Shown piece by piece: positions 11,936-23,649 of a DNA stretch of 54,656 nt. The stretch's first letter is position 1. Each line of letters starts with the position of its first letter. Below the pieces are notes generated by a model. It had not been told where the DNA came from and searched no databases. It saw only the letters and a list, made by a program, of their open reading frames with translations. The translations under genes were made by a program, and so were the position numbers. Source of the stretch: Leucoraja ocellata (Eukaryota); assembly GCA_036785375.1 (NCBI GenBank), contig JAWMAR010004301.1, forward strand, positions 1 through 54,656, given 5' to 3'.

Positions 11936-12164
11936 TCTCAGTGGTATTATGTAGCATCACAATAATTCTGAATATGCTGGACTCAGACAGGTCCCATGAG
12001 TTGCTGTGGATCTTCAACAGCAGCAGAATGATACCCTGCCAAAACCTGAAAGGTATGGCAGATGATGTTTCTGACATGTCGTTTCGCCCTCCTCTTGTTT
12101 GGAAACATGATAGAAATAATTATAAAGGGTCAGATTTTGGTCTTAGAAAATCCCAGCCTTGATT

Positions 12165-12340
12165 AGTATAGAATGCCTTTTATTGTCATTCAAACAACTA
12201 GGTTTGAACGTAATTTCATTTTCTACAGTTTTTACATTACAAAAAAAACCAAGACACACACTTAACACAGTTTACATAAACATCCATCACAGTGAATCTC
12301 CAACACCTCCTCACTGTGATGGAAAGTAAAGTCTTATTTC
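12165..12340 (-). mobile_element. Rex1-like 3'UTR fragment
   Basis: TTTATTGTCATT tail signature; internal 12-bp hairpin CCATCACAGTGA/TCACTGTGATGG. Confidence 0.55.
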
Positions 12341-12485
12341 TATCATGTTATATAGCTGAAAGAGGAGGGTGGAACAACATGTCGGAAACATCATCTATCA
12401 TACCATATAATGCAGTGCCTATCTGATGAAGCCCCAGTGGTTGAATGGTTGAACTCTCCCTGTGTGCTGGGCCAGAAGATGATCA

Positions 12486-12770
12486 TTAGTTTAGTTTACA
12501 GCGTGGAAACAGGCCCTTTGGCCCACTGATCCACGCCGACCAGCATCCCCCGTACACTCACACTGTTCTACACACTACGGACAATGTACATTTTTTACTG
12601 AAGCCAAATTAATCTACAAACCTCCACGTCTTTAAGTGGGAGGAAACCCCAGTACCCACGCAGTCACAGGGCGAATGTACAAACTCTGAACAGACTTCAC
12701 CGTAGTCAGGATCGAACCCAGGTCTCTGGCACTATAAGGCAGCAACTCTATCGCTGCACCGTTGTGCCGC
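12486..12770 (-). mobile_element. V-SINE
   Basis: TTAGTTTAG tail, GGAAACAGGCCC, GGATCGAACCC, GCAGCAACTCTA. Confidence 0.88.
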
Positions 12771-13775
12771 CTCGAGCTTTCGTACCAACATGTGATTTGA
12801 CCGGATTGCATGAAGAACAAGTATTTTATTATAGCTCTGTATAAGTGACAATAAATAAGCCGTTGATGCTCCAACACAGGACTTCACAGAATTAAGTTTA
12901 TCAACTGATCAGATCTAAGCTCTGCAGTCCTGCCAGAATTGTGAAAGGCATTAGACAATGAAACAGCTAACAAAAGGACAAGTCCCCAAGGAGATCCTCA
13001 ATCCTCATTCTCAAGCATTTGTAGATTCAATCTGAATGCTAGAGACAAGGCAGAAGTATCTTATGTTCCGTCGTAAGTACTGAGATGATCGTCTCCACCA
13101 TCACAGAAGCTGGCATTCAGCCAGTTCGATTTACTCCAGGTGATATCAAGAAATGGCTGAGACATTGGATTCATATCTACCGAGATACAGCCAAGTCTAC
13201 AAGACCAGCCAGTAGTGGTACTGAAGACCTCCACTACAGATGTATTGTGCATACAGGCAAACTGTTTCAATACATTAACCTGACGACATGGAAAATTGTC
13301 CAGGCATGACTTGTTCACAAAAACCAACGTGGTTAATTACTGCCCAATCTGCACAACCATCTTCAGCAAAGTGGCAGAAGGTGCGGTGGGCATTGCCATC
13401 AAGTGGTACTTACTCACACATACAGTGGCTGCAATGCTCACCATGTACAAAGCACACTGTAGTTATTCAACCAGCCTCCTCCAACAGCTCCTCCCATGAC
13501 CTCCACCACCAAATAATTCAGGTGTGCCAGGCACATTGCAACATCATCACCTATTTCAGGTTCACCAGCCTGATTTGAAAACATATTGCTCTACCTTCAA
13601 CATCGCTGAATCTATATCCTGCAATGTCCTACCCAGCTGTAGGCTTAACGTCACCAGAAGGTCTGCAGTGGTTTAGGAAGGAACTCACCATCACCCCTTC
13701 TCAACTGCACTAGGAATTAACAATAACTGATGGCCTTGGCAACAATGTCCAAATCCCAATAAATGAAAAAGAAAG

Positions 13776-13892
13776 CCTGAAGAAGGGTCCCAACCCAAAT
13801 CAACATCTATCCATGTTCTCCAGAGATGCTGCCTGGGTTACTCCAGCATTGTGTGTCTATCTTTGGTATAAACCAGCATCTGCGGTTCCTTT
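13776..13892 (+). mobile_element. Short Penelope-type element
   Basis: CTGAAGAAGGGTCCCAACCC...CCAGAGATGCTGCC...AAACCAGCATCTGC. Confidence 0.7.
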
Positions 13893-14348
13893 ATATTATA
13901 TTACATTAAATGAGAATTCAAGTCGCCATAATCTGATTATGATCTCATTTTATAAAAGCAGAATAATTCCAGAAGGATATATTTGATCATTTGTAGATTC
14001 GCTTTGATTAATTTTTAACAATTCAGGATTAAATTAGTACTTAATGACAGGGAATTAAGAGAACTATTAGCATCAGCACTAATGGTGATAACATCTATAA
14101 GAAATAAAATCTAAATGTGTTTCAGATGGTAAACTCCAACTTTCCGATTGTGAAACTAGCCTTTGTACAAACAAAGCAGTTGGGAAACTTTTGAAACGTT
14201 GCAGTGGATATGTATCTGGTCTTTAAAAGGTGTTCTTCATTGTGGCCACTGGGTATTACCAGCAATGTCACTTTTAAACCAAGTTGTTTCTGAAAACCTT
14301 TGTCATTTTTCTTTGTTGGAAGTACATTAAGAAATGTAATATTGTAAT

Positions 14349-14670
14349 CAGGAACAGTTTAATTCCCAGAGCTATAGCGGCTCTGAACCGGCCCTGCTGA
14401 GTGCCCCCCACCCACCCCCCCCCCCCCCCCCCCCCCACCCCCTGGACTGTCTCCCTCGGATGGTCACGTCACACAGACACATCTGCACTTTAGTCTGTTT
14501 GAACTGTTTTGACTATTTTACTGTTCTTGTTACAATCCATGTTCTCGGGGTATCTAAATCTAAATTTTATTAGTTATTTATGTTATGACATCGGATGGAA
14601 GCTGCAGACCAAATCTCGTTGCACTTATGTGCAATGACAATAAAATATATTATTATTATTATTATTACTA
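14349..14670 (+). mobile_element. Rex1-like LINE 3' end with poly-C tract and (TAT)n tail
   Basis: AGGAACAGTTT..CCCAGAGCTATAGCGGCTCTGAAC (RNSF.P.AI.ALN), tail GCAATGACAATAAA. Confidence 0.75.
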
Positions 14671-14748
14671 TCTGTGGATTCAAACCTGGAACATTCAAAA
14701 TTCAAAACAAATGTGTTTGGGAACATTTCAATTCACTCTAACGGTGTT

Positions 14749-15052
14749 CGGCACAGTGGTGCAGCAGTAGATGTGCTGCCTTGCAGCGCCAGAGACCCTG
14801 GTTCGATCCTGGCTGCGGGGTGCGGTCTGTACGGCGTTTATACGTTATTCCCATGACCATGTGGGTTTTCCCCGGGTGCTCCGGTTTCCTTCCACACTCC
14901 CAAAGACGTACAGGTTTGTAGGTTAATTGGATTTAGTAAAGATTGTAAATTGCTCCTAGTGTATAGGATAGTGCTTGTGTATGGGGATTGCGGATCGCCA
15001 TGGACTCGGTGGGCCAAAGGGTTTGTGCCTCTAAAGTATACTGAAACTAAAC
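14749..15052 (+). mobile_element. V-SINE
   Basis: Complete head, V domain and tail. Confidence 0.9.
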
Positions 15053-15057
15053 AAGCA

Positions 15058-15332
15058 AGTTTAGTTTTAGTTTTCGTTTAGAGATGCAGCAGGGCAACAG
15101 GCCTTTCGGCCCACTAAGTCCGCACCGACCACTGATCACCCTCACACTGGCTCCATGTTATCCCACTATTGCATCCTACACACCAGGGGCAATTTACAGA
15201 AGACAATTAACCTGCAAACCTGCATGTCTTTGGAATGTGGAAGGAAACCGGAGCACCCGGAGGAATCGCATGCAGTCACAGGGGGAACGTATACACTCTG
15301 CACAGACAGCACCCAAGTCTCTGGCGCTGTAA
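15058..15332 (-). mobile_element. V-SINE (5'-shortened), tail-to-tail with the previous copy
   Basis: GGAAACCGGAGCACCCGGAGG, CAGACAGCACCC, TCTCTGGCGCTGTAAG. Confidence 0.88.
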
Positions 15333-16829
15333 GATGTTTTGTTTGTGAATTTTAAGGATTTTAACTTTACCTTATTTTCTGCCCAAGTAAACTTCATGGA
15401 TATTTGTGAACAGAAATATTCCATGCAGACCCATTGCTAATTCTGGAGGATGGCATTGACACATTGCCCTTTATTTCATGTGCAAGATATCGAATACAGA
15501 TTGCAATGCTAAAGTCATGTTAAACTGAAAATATTTCCAGCTACTAATTCAGTCATTAAAATACAATAATTAATGTACCACCAAAATAATACATTATAAT
15601 CAATGCCTGACATAGCTCAAATCTGCGCACTAATTGCCATTTAAGGGACATGACGAGATACAAAGGGAATTCAACATCTGCAAAGTAGCATCTGGAATTA
15701 ACTGATACCACGTGATTGTACTGTTGGTAGCTCGTTTCTCAATACACAGCACCTTATAGATTTCCCTCGCACTTGTGGAACAGTTTAGTTTGCAGCCAAC
15801 AATTTATATTCAGTGAGATGCAGAGACTCAGCGTTGAGAGTTACTGTTAGTTAAAATCCACAAAATGGTGTATTACAGCAGTGTTTCAGGAGCTCGGAAA
15901 CAGTAGCCAGTGAGATCAGGTAGGCATATTTTTGCTAAGATCTAATTAAGCCCAAAAGTCAATTCAATATTTATTATTTTGATAAGAGTGTAAATACCAA
16001 GTAAATTACTGTCCAGCTAGTGACACTAAACACGCGTTGAAATCTGCCTCCATAATGTAATTCCAGTCAATGGACTGGATTTCAGTAGCAAACTGCAATG
16101 TACCAATGTGGCAATTACAGGCTCAATGCACACTACTGATATCCACATCTGCTCTCAGCTCTGATCCCACACCAATACATTGTCCAGACCCCTGTATCTA
16201 ACAATCACTTATGAACTATCTTTCCGATTCACGACTTTTCTTGTCTGATTAAAAAATCAAAACAGGTGTTTCACAACTTCCAGGCATGTGGTTTTATTAA
16301 GCAGTATGAAGTCAACGCTGAGATAGCACACTGCACACGTTAAAGACTGCACAATTTGTACCTTCCTTAAATCTTGGACTAAGCTTGAAGACACTGCTTA
16401 AGAGCCTTCTTTTCTGTTGCGTGATGTAAAGGTTGAAGATTGGAGATGGGCCCCAGCTAATCATTATGAAAAATCTTCCACTGATTCAGTGTCTGAGTAA
16501 GTCCAGCCTTGAAGAATCAAGTCCCCACAAAAGAAGGTATGGATGCCCAACCTACTCTGTCTCAGGGTTTGAATTTCAGGACAGGAATCACATTTGCTGA
16601 TCACTTTTAAAATCAGACAATCTTGGGATCAAATCCCGCAAACGTCCCCACAGGGTAACACCAAACCAACGAGGCATCAAGCAAAGATTTTAAAGGGCTG
16701 GTGTAATAGATAGAGAAAATGTAGGTGTAGCTCATCATTCGTTTGAATTTGCTTATAATCTTGGCATCTAAAAATCACCATTGCACCACAATTAGAAGAA
16801 GAAAATAAAGAAAGAAGATCTTTGCGTCT

Positions 16830-17080
16830 AAATCTGGCGTCTGAATAGCGCCTGTGCACAATCTCAGGATGTCCCAAAACGCTTCACTGCCAATGAAGTT
16901 ACTTGAAACACAGTCACCTTTGAAATGTAGGAAAATTGCAGCAACCAGCACAAGCAGCCCAAAGCAGTAAAAATCACCTGAAACCCTTGTTGCTGAATGC
17001 CTGTCCGTTGAGAGATCAACATGAAACCCGTGACATTGCAGCGTACACCCACTGCTTATTTGACAAGTGGCACAGGATCC
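16830..17080 (-). mobile_element. Old DeuSINE-type (AmnSINE1/SacSINE1-like) relic
   Basis: TAGCGCC...TCAGGATGTCCCAAAACGCTT.ACTGCCAATGAAGT...AGTCAC...AATGTAGGAAA resembles the reverse complement of the DeuSINE 3' region, as recalled. Confidence 0.6.
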
Positions 17081-17724
17081 ATAGGGAATAAAATGCCAGG
17101 GACTCATTTGAAAGTCCCACCTCACTTATGGCACACATCCAGGACCACAATGAGCACATTAAACAATTAAATAAATATTAAAGAACAAAGAAATCAATCA
17201 TTCAGCCACTGATCAATTTTTAGCCCTGTGACCACTACAGCACATTTTTTTAAAGAATGCTATGCAACTAATATTCAGTATTACATATTGTTGACTGGAA
17301 TCATACAGTGATTTCTTTGTTCATATTTTGATTCCATCGAGTGACATTGAAGGAATTAGAATACCACCTGTTTTTAATAGCAACTTCTTTGAGTTCAACA
17401 TAGCATCTTTGTTATTCGGACTGAAACCTGTTGGCATCTTAAACTCTAGCTGTGATAGTGATAAGTTTTATGCTTGTTATAAAAAGAACTGTCTAACACT
17501 GTTTTTCCTCATTGAATCTATATTTTATCAACTGGAAACAATCACAAAAGAGTTTATTCAGTCCATTTCTATGTTGTTGTATTTTAGCAAAAATTTCCAT
17601 CTCAGAGTAAAAGGTTTTTCCCCACTGCAAAAAAATGCAGAGGTTTCCTTGGCTGAGCTTAACATGCACGGCATGTAATCGATACACAGGCAGAATGAAG
17701 AAATGGGAACAAAAGTTTCCTACC

Positions 17725-18150
17725 TTGACGAGTTGGCTGCACCTCATTTAGAAAAGAAAGGACAAGTTTTCTGGACGTGACAGTGATATTTCTTCTGGAT
17801 GCTTCACTCTGTGGGTTTTTGTGGAGAGCAAATAGCACTTGCTCCTTCGCAGTTTTCAACTCCTAGCTTCCCAGTGGAGAGAGTGNNNNNNNNNNNNNNN
17901 NNNNNNNNNNNNNNNNNNNNNNNNNNNNNNNNNNNNNNNNNNNNNNNNNNNNNNNNNNNNNNNNNNNNNNNNNNNNNNNNNNNNNNNNNNNNNNNNNNNN
18001 NNNNNNNNNNNNNNNNNNNNNNNNNNNNNNNNNNNNNNNNNNNNNNNNNGTCTGCCAGGGGCATGCATGTATGAGTGTTTATGAGAGTGTGTGTGTGTGT
18101 GTGAGTGAGTGAGAGCGCGCTACTTCACAAGCTGTTTAATGGGCTAGGCT
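17725..18150 (-). promoter_or_regulatory. Candidate first exon / promoter-proximal region of an unidentified gene
   Basis: Unique sequence; minus strand has (CA)n/CT-rich leader, then ATG AGG TGC AGC CAA CTC GTC AAG|GTAGGA (donor-like); interrupted by an N gap. Confidence 0.3.
17886..18049. other. Assembly gap
   Basis: Run of N. Confidence 1.
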
Positions 18151-18944
18151 GAGATCAGCTTTGGTTTTTTTTGAATATGTTCCAGCTGAGAATTGTTTCT
18201 CAGGTTCTAGGATACAAAGGACCATGTTTGTAGGGTTGGGGGAGGGGAAAGAATTGTTGAGGACTTAAAAAAATAAATAATAATTTCTGGATTTTATAGA
18301 TATTCGCCCTTCTGACTGTGCTGCCGGCAAAAGCATTCACAGCCTTTTACTTTTATTATTCCTTTTTGAATCTTTCCACAGGAAATGTTGGTCTAAATAA
18401 TTAATAAATCCACAGGTACACTTGCAGGTTTCACAGCTAACAGCAGCTCGGAAGGCAGATAATTGGGAACAGTATTATGAAGCACAGCAGATAGGATTTT
18501 AATATGTTTGTTTAAATGGAATAAAATAGATTTTTTTTTTTACTGTAAGGACTGGAATAACTTAAATACAGATCTGCTTCACGAAGTAGAAACAGATGCT
18601 CCATATATCCCAGTGGAGCACCATGTCCAATAGCACGTGGAACTTCTAAAGCATTTAGTGTATACTGTCTGGTGCAGTCCATGTTCACATACACATGAAG
18701 CTCATTGAGTGTTCAGTGCTTATTGCCCAGTACAAGTTACAATGACTAACATACTTAAGCCATGCACCCTTCAGTGTTTTCACTTAACATTACATAAACA
18801 TCAAGACCCGGAGTTTCCAACCGATTAGGTTGCTCTCTCTTCACACAATCCATCTGACACTACAAGAGCGAGCGTTGTCCATGTAAATTGTCTTCAGTGC
18901 AATTTGAGCCTTTGCACTCATTTTGAAAATATACTGCCAGAAAC

Positions 18945-19120
18945 GTGAGTGATTCTACACCAAACGCTGGCAAGTGGGACTGGCATAGATGGGTCCTCTT
19001 GGTCGGCATGGGCAAATTGGGCCGAAGGGCCAGTTTCTGTGGTGTGTGGCTCTATAGCTCTATGCCAAATGTGAGCAGCTGGGACTAACGCAGATGGGGC
19101 ATCTTGGTCTTATGACTCTA
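18945..19120 (+). mobile_element. Two tandem CR1 3'UTR fragments
   Basis: CCAAACGCTGGCAAGTGGGACT...GGGCCGAAGGGCC then CCAAATGTGAGCAGCTGGGACT. Confidence 0.7.
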
Positions 19121-19336
19121 AACAGGTCATGCCCCCCAAGATGGCCACACCACTCGGGACCTCAAGCCTGGGCCACCTTTCATGACTGAGGTGATTGCAA
19201 CCTCTACCTCACATTCGTGTCTTCGTAGAACACCTTCCCAGTCATCCCCATGGGGAGATTCCATTCACTGGAGTAATCTGTGGCCCTGCAAGGCTGAAGC
19301 TGAACATTATAACCACTGGAACACGAAGAAGTAAAT

Positions 19337-19878
19337 AATTTAATAATAATAATAATAATAATAATACATTTTATTTATGGGCGCCTTTCAAGAGTCTCAA
19401 GGACACCTTACAAAAATTTAGCAGGTAGAGGAAAAACATGTAAGGGGAATGAAATAAATAGTAGAGACATGACTAGTACACAAAGTAAATACAGAATTCA
19501 ATACAAAACACAGTATGAGGCAATTAATGCACAGATGAAAAGGGACGGCACGTGGGGCTAAGGATAGGCAGAGGTGAAGAGATGGGTCTTGAGGCGGGAC
19601 TGGAAGATGGTGAGGGACACGGAATTGCGGATCAGTTGGGGGAGGGAGTTCCAGAGCCTGGGAGCTGCCCTGGAGAAGGCTCTGTCCCCAAAACTGCGGA
19701 GGTTGGACTTGTGGATGGAGAGGAGACCGGCTGATGTGGATCTGAGGGACCGTGAGGGTTGGTAGGGGGAGAGGAGGTCAGTGAGATATGGGGGGGGCCA
19801 GATGGTGGAGGGCTTTGTAGGTGAGGACCAGGATTTTGTAGGTGATCCGGTGGGAGATGGGAAGCCAGTGAAGTTGTT
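19337..19878 (-). mobile_element. L2 LINE 3' fragment (relatively young)
   Basis: Minus strand encodes GDRAFSRAAPRLWNSLP; tail CCTTGAG...AAAGGCGCCCATAAATAAAATG(TAT)n. Confidence 0.9.
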
Positions 19879-20699
19879 GATTTAATGAATTTTATTTATG
19901 ATTTATGATTTAATGAATTTAATGAATTATATTCATCTAAAGCATCCAGAAAGTGACACTGTACCCCAATCTGACCACTGGACATTTTCATGAAATTGAA
20001 ACAAAGTATTGATTTTACATCCAAACCTAACTTGTTTATTGTCTTATGATTATACTCATGCTCAGTATATAGTATATCTCCTCCATTTAATGTCGAGGTC
20101 TTTTAGTTATAAAGTCTAACATTCCATTAGTCCTTTTGCTTTCTGTTATATCTGATTACATTTGGTGATCTATGTTCCAGGAACCTTACATTTCTTTACA
20201 ACTGCACCATTCATCCTTTTCATGATAGACATCAACTCCAAACCATCAATGAAACTTCAACAGCAAGTTTATCCAGCTCTGCACCATTACTAAAAGAACT
20301 ATTTATACAACCTTAGTGAATGAAATATCTTAGTGTGTAAGTAACGTTTTAATGCCATGCTGTCAATAGTCACAAGATCTACATTCTTCGCAATCACCAC
20401 ATGGAATTGAGGGCCACAGGGAACTGGCAAGGAAGAGATTTTGAGCCTGGGATAGATCTGCACTGATCATTTTCAAGGGACTGGTGGCCTACTGCTCCTG
20501 TGTTCTTGTGTATTGTACATTTAAACATGACGATGTTTTTCTTCGAATGGCTTCTCTTGACAACATCATGGCCATGCTTTACTGTAATCCTGATTAAATA
20601 ATTCCACTTACTAGGGCTCCAGTTCTTGTTGGGGCCCGTTGGGGCCCGTTGTTTCCACATCCTCTCCCACCGACCCATGGCCTCCATTTCCAATTCTCC

Positions 20700-20998
20700 T
20701 TTAGTTTAGTTTAGAGATACAGCGCGGAAACAGGCCATTCAGCCCGCCAAGTCCGCACCGACCAGCGATCCCCGCACAACAATACAATAGTACACTAGGG
20801 ACAATGTACACTTATACCAAGCCAATTACCCCACAAACCTGTACGTCTTTGGAGTGTGGGAGGAATCCGAAGATCTCAGAGAAAACCCACGTAGGTCACG
20901 GGGAGAACGTACAAACTCCATACAGACAGCACCTGTAGTCGGGATCGAACCTGGGCCTCTAGCACTGTAAGGCAGTTGCTCTATCGTTACGCCACCAT
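20700..20998 (-). mobile_element. V-SINE
   Basis: Complete reverse-complement copy. Confidence 0.9.
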
Positions 20999-21892
20999 GA
21001 CTCCCTTACAAATCGTCATGGCCCTGGTTCCTTTCTACCCACCGGAGCCCCTGGTTGCAGCACTCCTTCTAACTCTCCAGGACTCGCATCTCATGCACCC
21101 TTTCACTCAACAGGACCCCAGTTCACACTTTAATTTCTTACTAACCCCCCTCCCCCCTCACAGAGCACTGGCTCCCACGTTTCCATCCAATTCACCCCGT
21201 GGGATTCTCATGCTCCTTTCAACTCATTGGGCCCCTGTTTCTATGTTCCCGTGTTCCCATGAAACTCACCAGGGCTCTCTCTGAGTTGACTAGCATTCCC
21301 TTCCTCACATTTGTTTTAAATGTACCCAGTTTACAATATCAGTTAAATCTAAAATCATTGACTTAAAATGCATTGGGATATCAGTATGACTAATATCCAA
21401 TAGTCTGGAAAATTTGCTAAGTCCCGAGGTGTGTCAGATTAGCTGTTCCGGTGCTTCTGCTTGTAGTGGTATTTTTTCAGCAGTGTGTTAAATAGTAGCC
21501 ACCCTCTCCCTTCATCGCAGCGCAAGTGTGTGACTTTTGTCATAATAATGGCTATAACTTCTAGGAAAGACAAGTCTGCCATTAGCTAATATGATCGTAA
21601 TGCAGCTGAAGTTATGTTCTTGAATTGCACCATGATTTTGTTCAGGTTTAATCTTAGCTTTCCAAGTATAAAACTGTATAAAATGTTGGCACTCGGCATA
21701 TGAATGGTTTGCCTTTGTGTTTATGTTCTCTCTTGCTTGCTGATGTTCCATTACAGATAATTTCTTACAATAAATAGACTGCCTTCACTAAGCATAAGCC
21801 ATGATCTCTATTCCGCATCTTATTTATTTAAAAACATTTATTATCATGCTAATTATAGAGAAGGAGACTAATAACTGCATCAGAATTATTGG

Positions 21893-22110
21893 TTACACAA
21901 AAAAGCTGGAGAAACTCAGTGGGTGCAGCAGCATCTATGGAGCGAAGGAATTATTGGCATGGGCTGACAAATCCTATGGTTCTGAAGAAGAATCCCGACC
22001 TGAAACCTCACCCATCCTATTTCTCCAGAGATGCTGCATGAACCTCTGAGTTACCCACGTACTTTGTGGTTATCTTTGGTATAAACCAGCACCTGCAGTT
22101 CCTTTCTATA
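21893..22110. mobile_element. Two Penelope-type fragments (second-subfamily antisense piece plus sense copy)
   Basis: 21893-21950 matches the 43229 palindrome arm; 21981 CTGAAGAAGAATCCCGACCTGAAACCTCACC. Confidence 0.7.
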
Positions 22111-22339
22111 CACTACGGCTTAATTTGCCTGAAATACTCCAAAATAGGTACATCAATGCAATTTGAACTAAAATTCTCATTATTGACGCAAACGGCAAAA
22201 ACAATGTTAGTCCAATAAGATTTCAATTATTTGAGTCATAATTTCACATTTATTTCATTTCGCTGATATATTTTTGGTCTTGACAAGACCTGTTCATGAG
22301 GTTTAAACTTAATACAAGCAATTGGATATTTTAAATGAA

Positions 22340-22887
22340 GCCTCGTGAAAATCTGGCCATTTTTTTATCACAGTAACTAATCTCGAACTGATAGGTTTGC
22401 AAGAGTCATTTCAGAGGGCCATTAAGGGTTAAGGCATCTCTCTCCATCACCATCTATACATCACCATCTATATCTCCCGATTCCCTTTCCCCTGACTCTC
22501 AGCCTGAAGAAAGGTCTCGACCCGAAACGTCACCTATTCCTTCTATTCAGAGATGCTGTCTGACCCGCTGAGTTACTTCAGCTTTTTGTGCCTATCTACT
22601 AAGGGTTAAGCACACTTCTGTGGATTGTGTGGAATTATATTCTAGGTTCAATGGCAAATTTCTTTCCCTGATGGACATTAGCAAACCAGATGGTTCTTTA
22701 TCATCAATCCAGTAGTTTCATGGCCAATTTCTACTGATACTAGCATTTTCTTCCAGATTTATTTAATGACTTAATCCCAATTTAAATTCACCATTTGTTG
22801 TGGTGGGATTCAAACTCACATCTCCAGGTCAATAGTCTATACCTCTGGATACCAATTCCATAACTTAACTATTGTGCCACTATACCT
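22340..22887 (-). mobile_element. Old tRNA-derived SINE (non-V type)
   Basis: Minus strand GGTATAGTGGCACAATAGTTAAG...GAGTTTGAATCCCACCAC (A/B-box-like), then body. Confidence 0.55.
22434..22599 (+). mobile_element. Short Penelope-type element with 11-bp TSD and intact hammerhead core
   Basis: TAAGGGTTAAG at 22423-22433 and 22600-22610; CTGAAGA-AAGGTCTCGACCC-GAAAC-GTC at ~22504-22531. Confidence 0.8.
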
Positions 22888-23007
22888 CTTTGAATGATGT
22901 ATTTCCTTTCTTGGCAGTATGTTTTAATGCTGTTTAAACTTTCTGATGTATAATGCAAACTAAATCTAACAAATCCACCATTTATGGTCAAGATTATGTG
23001 GTTTAAC

Positions 23008-23390
23008 TATAGTCATAGAGTCATACAGCGAGGAAATACGCTAACCAGCATTCTCATCTACGCAAGTCCCTCCCGTCTACGTTTGGCCCATATTCCTCTA
23101 AACCTATCCTATCCATGTAACTCTCCAAATGTTTTTCTCAAACATTGTGATAGTACCTACCTCAACTACCTTCCCCGAAGAAACAGTAGACACAAAGCTG
23201 GAGTAACTCAGCAGGACAGGCAGCATCACTGGAGAGAAGGAATGGGTGACGTTTTGGGTCGAAACCCTTCTTCAGAGACTGCTCTGCACTTCAAGTCCTG
23301 GCCTGCTCAACCTCTCCCTACAGCTCAGGCCCTCGAGTCCTGGAAATATCCTCGTAAATCTTTTGTACACTCTCTCCAGTTTAACAGCAA
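23008..23390 (-). mobile_element. CR1 3' fragment interrupted by a Penelope-type element (23185-23276)
   Basis: AGTCATAGAGTCATA tail, CTCAACTACC, CTCAACCTCTCCCTA; insert GGGTGACGTTTTGGGTCGAAACCCTTCTTCAG. Confidence 0.75.
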
Positions 23391-23649
23391 CCATGATTTG
23401 GTTTGGTTTATGCTTTGCTTCATTATTATTGTCATATGTATCGAGATCCAGTGAAAAACATTATATTGTGTGTTATCCAGGGAATTTATACCATACATGA
23501 GTACACCAGGTAGTGTAGAGTATAATGTTACAGCTACAGATAAACAGCTGAGTTTAAAAAGTGCAGGCATGCAGTGAGGTGGATTGGAAGATTAGAAATT
23601 CATCCTTAGCATATGAGAGGTCACATATGATGCAACACAACCTTGGAAA

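Larger units (their letters stand above)
11520..13772 (+). mobile_element. Ancient CR1-group LINE (EN relic, RT N-terminal region, 3'UTR) with internal deletion and insertions
   Basis: GGDFN-like codons at ~11563; ORFs 13085/13296 give QPVRFTPGDIKK...KLFQY...WKI and NYCPI..IFSKVAEG (NYRPISL motif); 3' end AATAAATGAAAAA. Confidence 0.7.

Noticed and set aside
15370-15424. Minus-strand MEYFCSQISMKFTWAENK followed by AAG|GTAAAG
   Set aside because: Donor-like site but no recognisable protein similarity or partner exon; expected by chance
17799-18084. ORFs spanning N runs (also at 43.9-44.2 kb and 48.5-49.0 kb)
   Set aside because: Artefacts of assembly gaps
21340-21460. Possible Tc1/pogo-type MITE relic
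   Set aside because: No verifiable TIR pair or TA duplication
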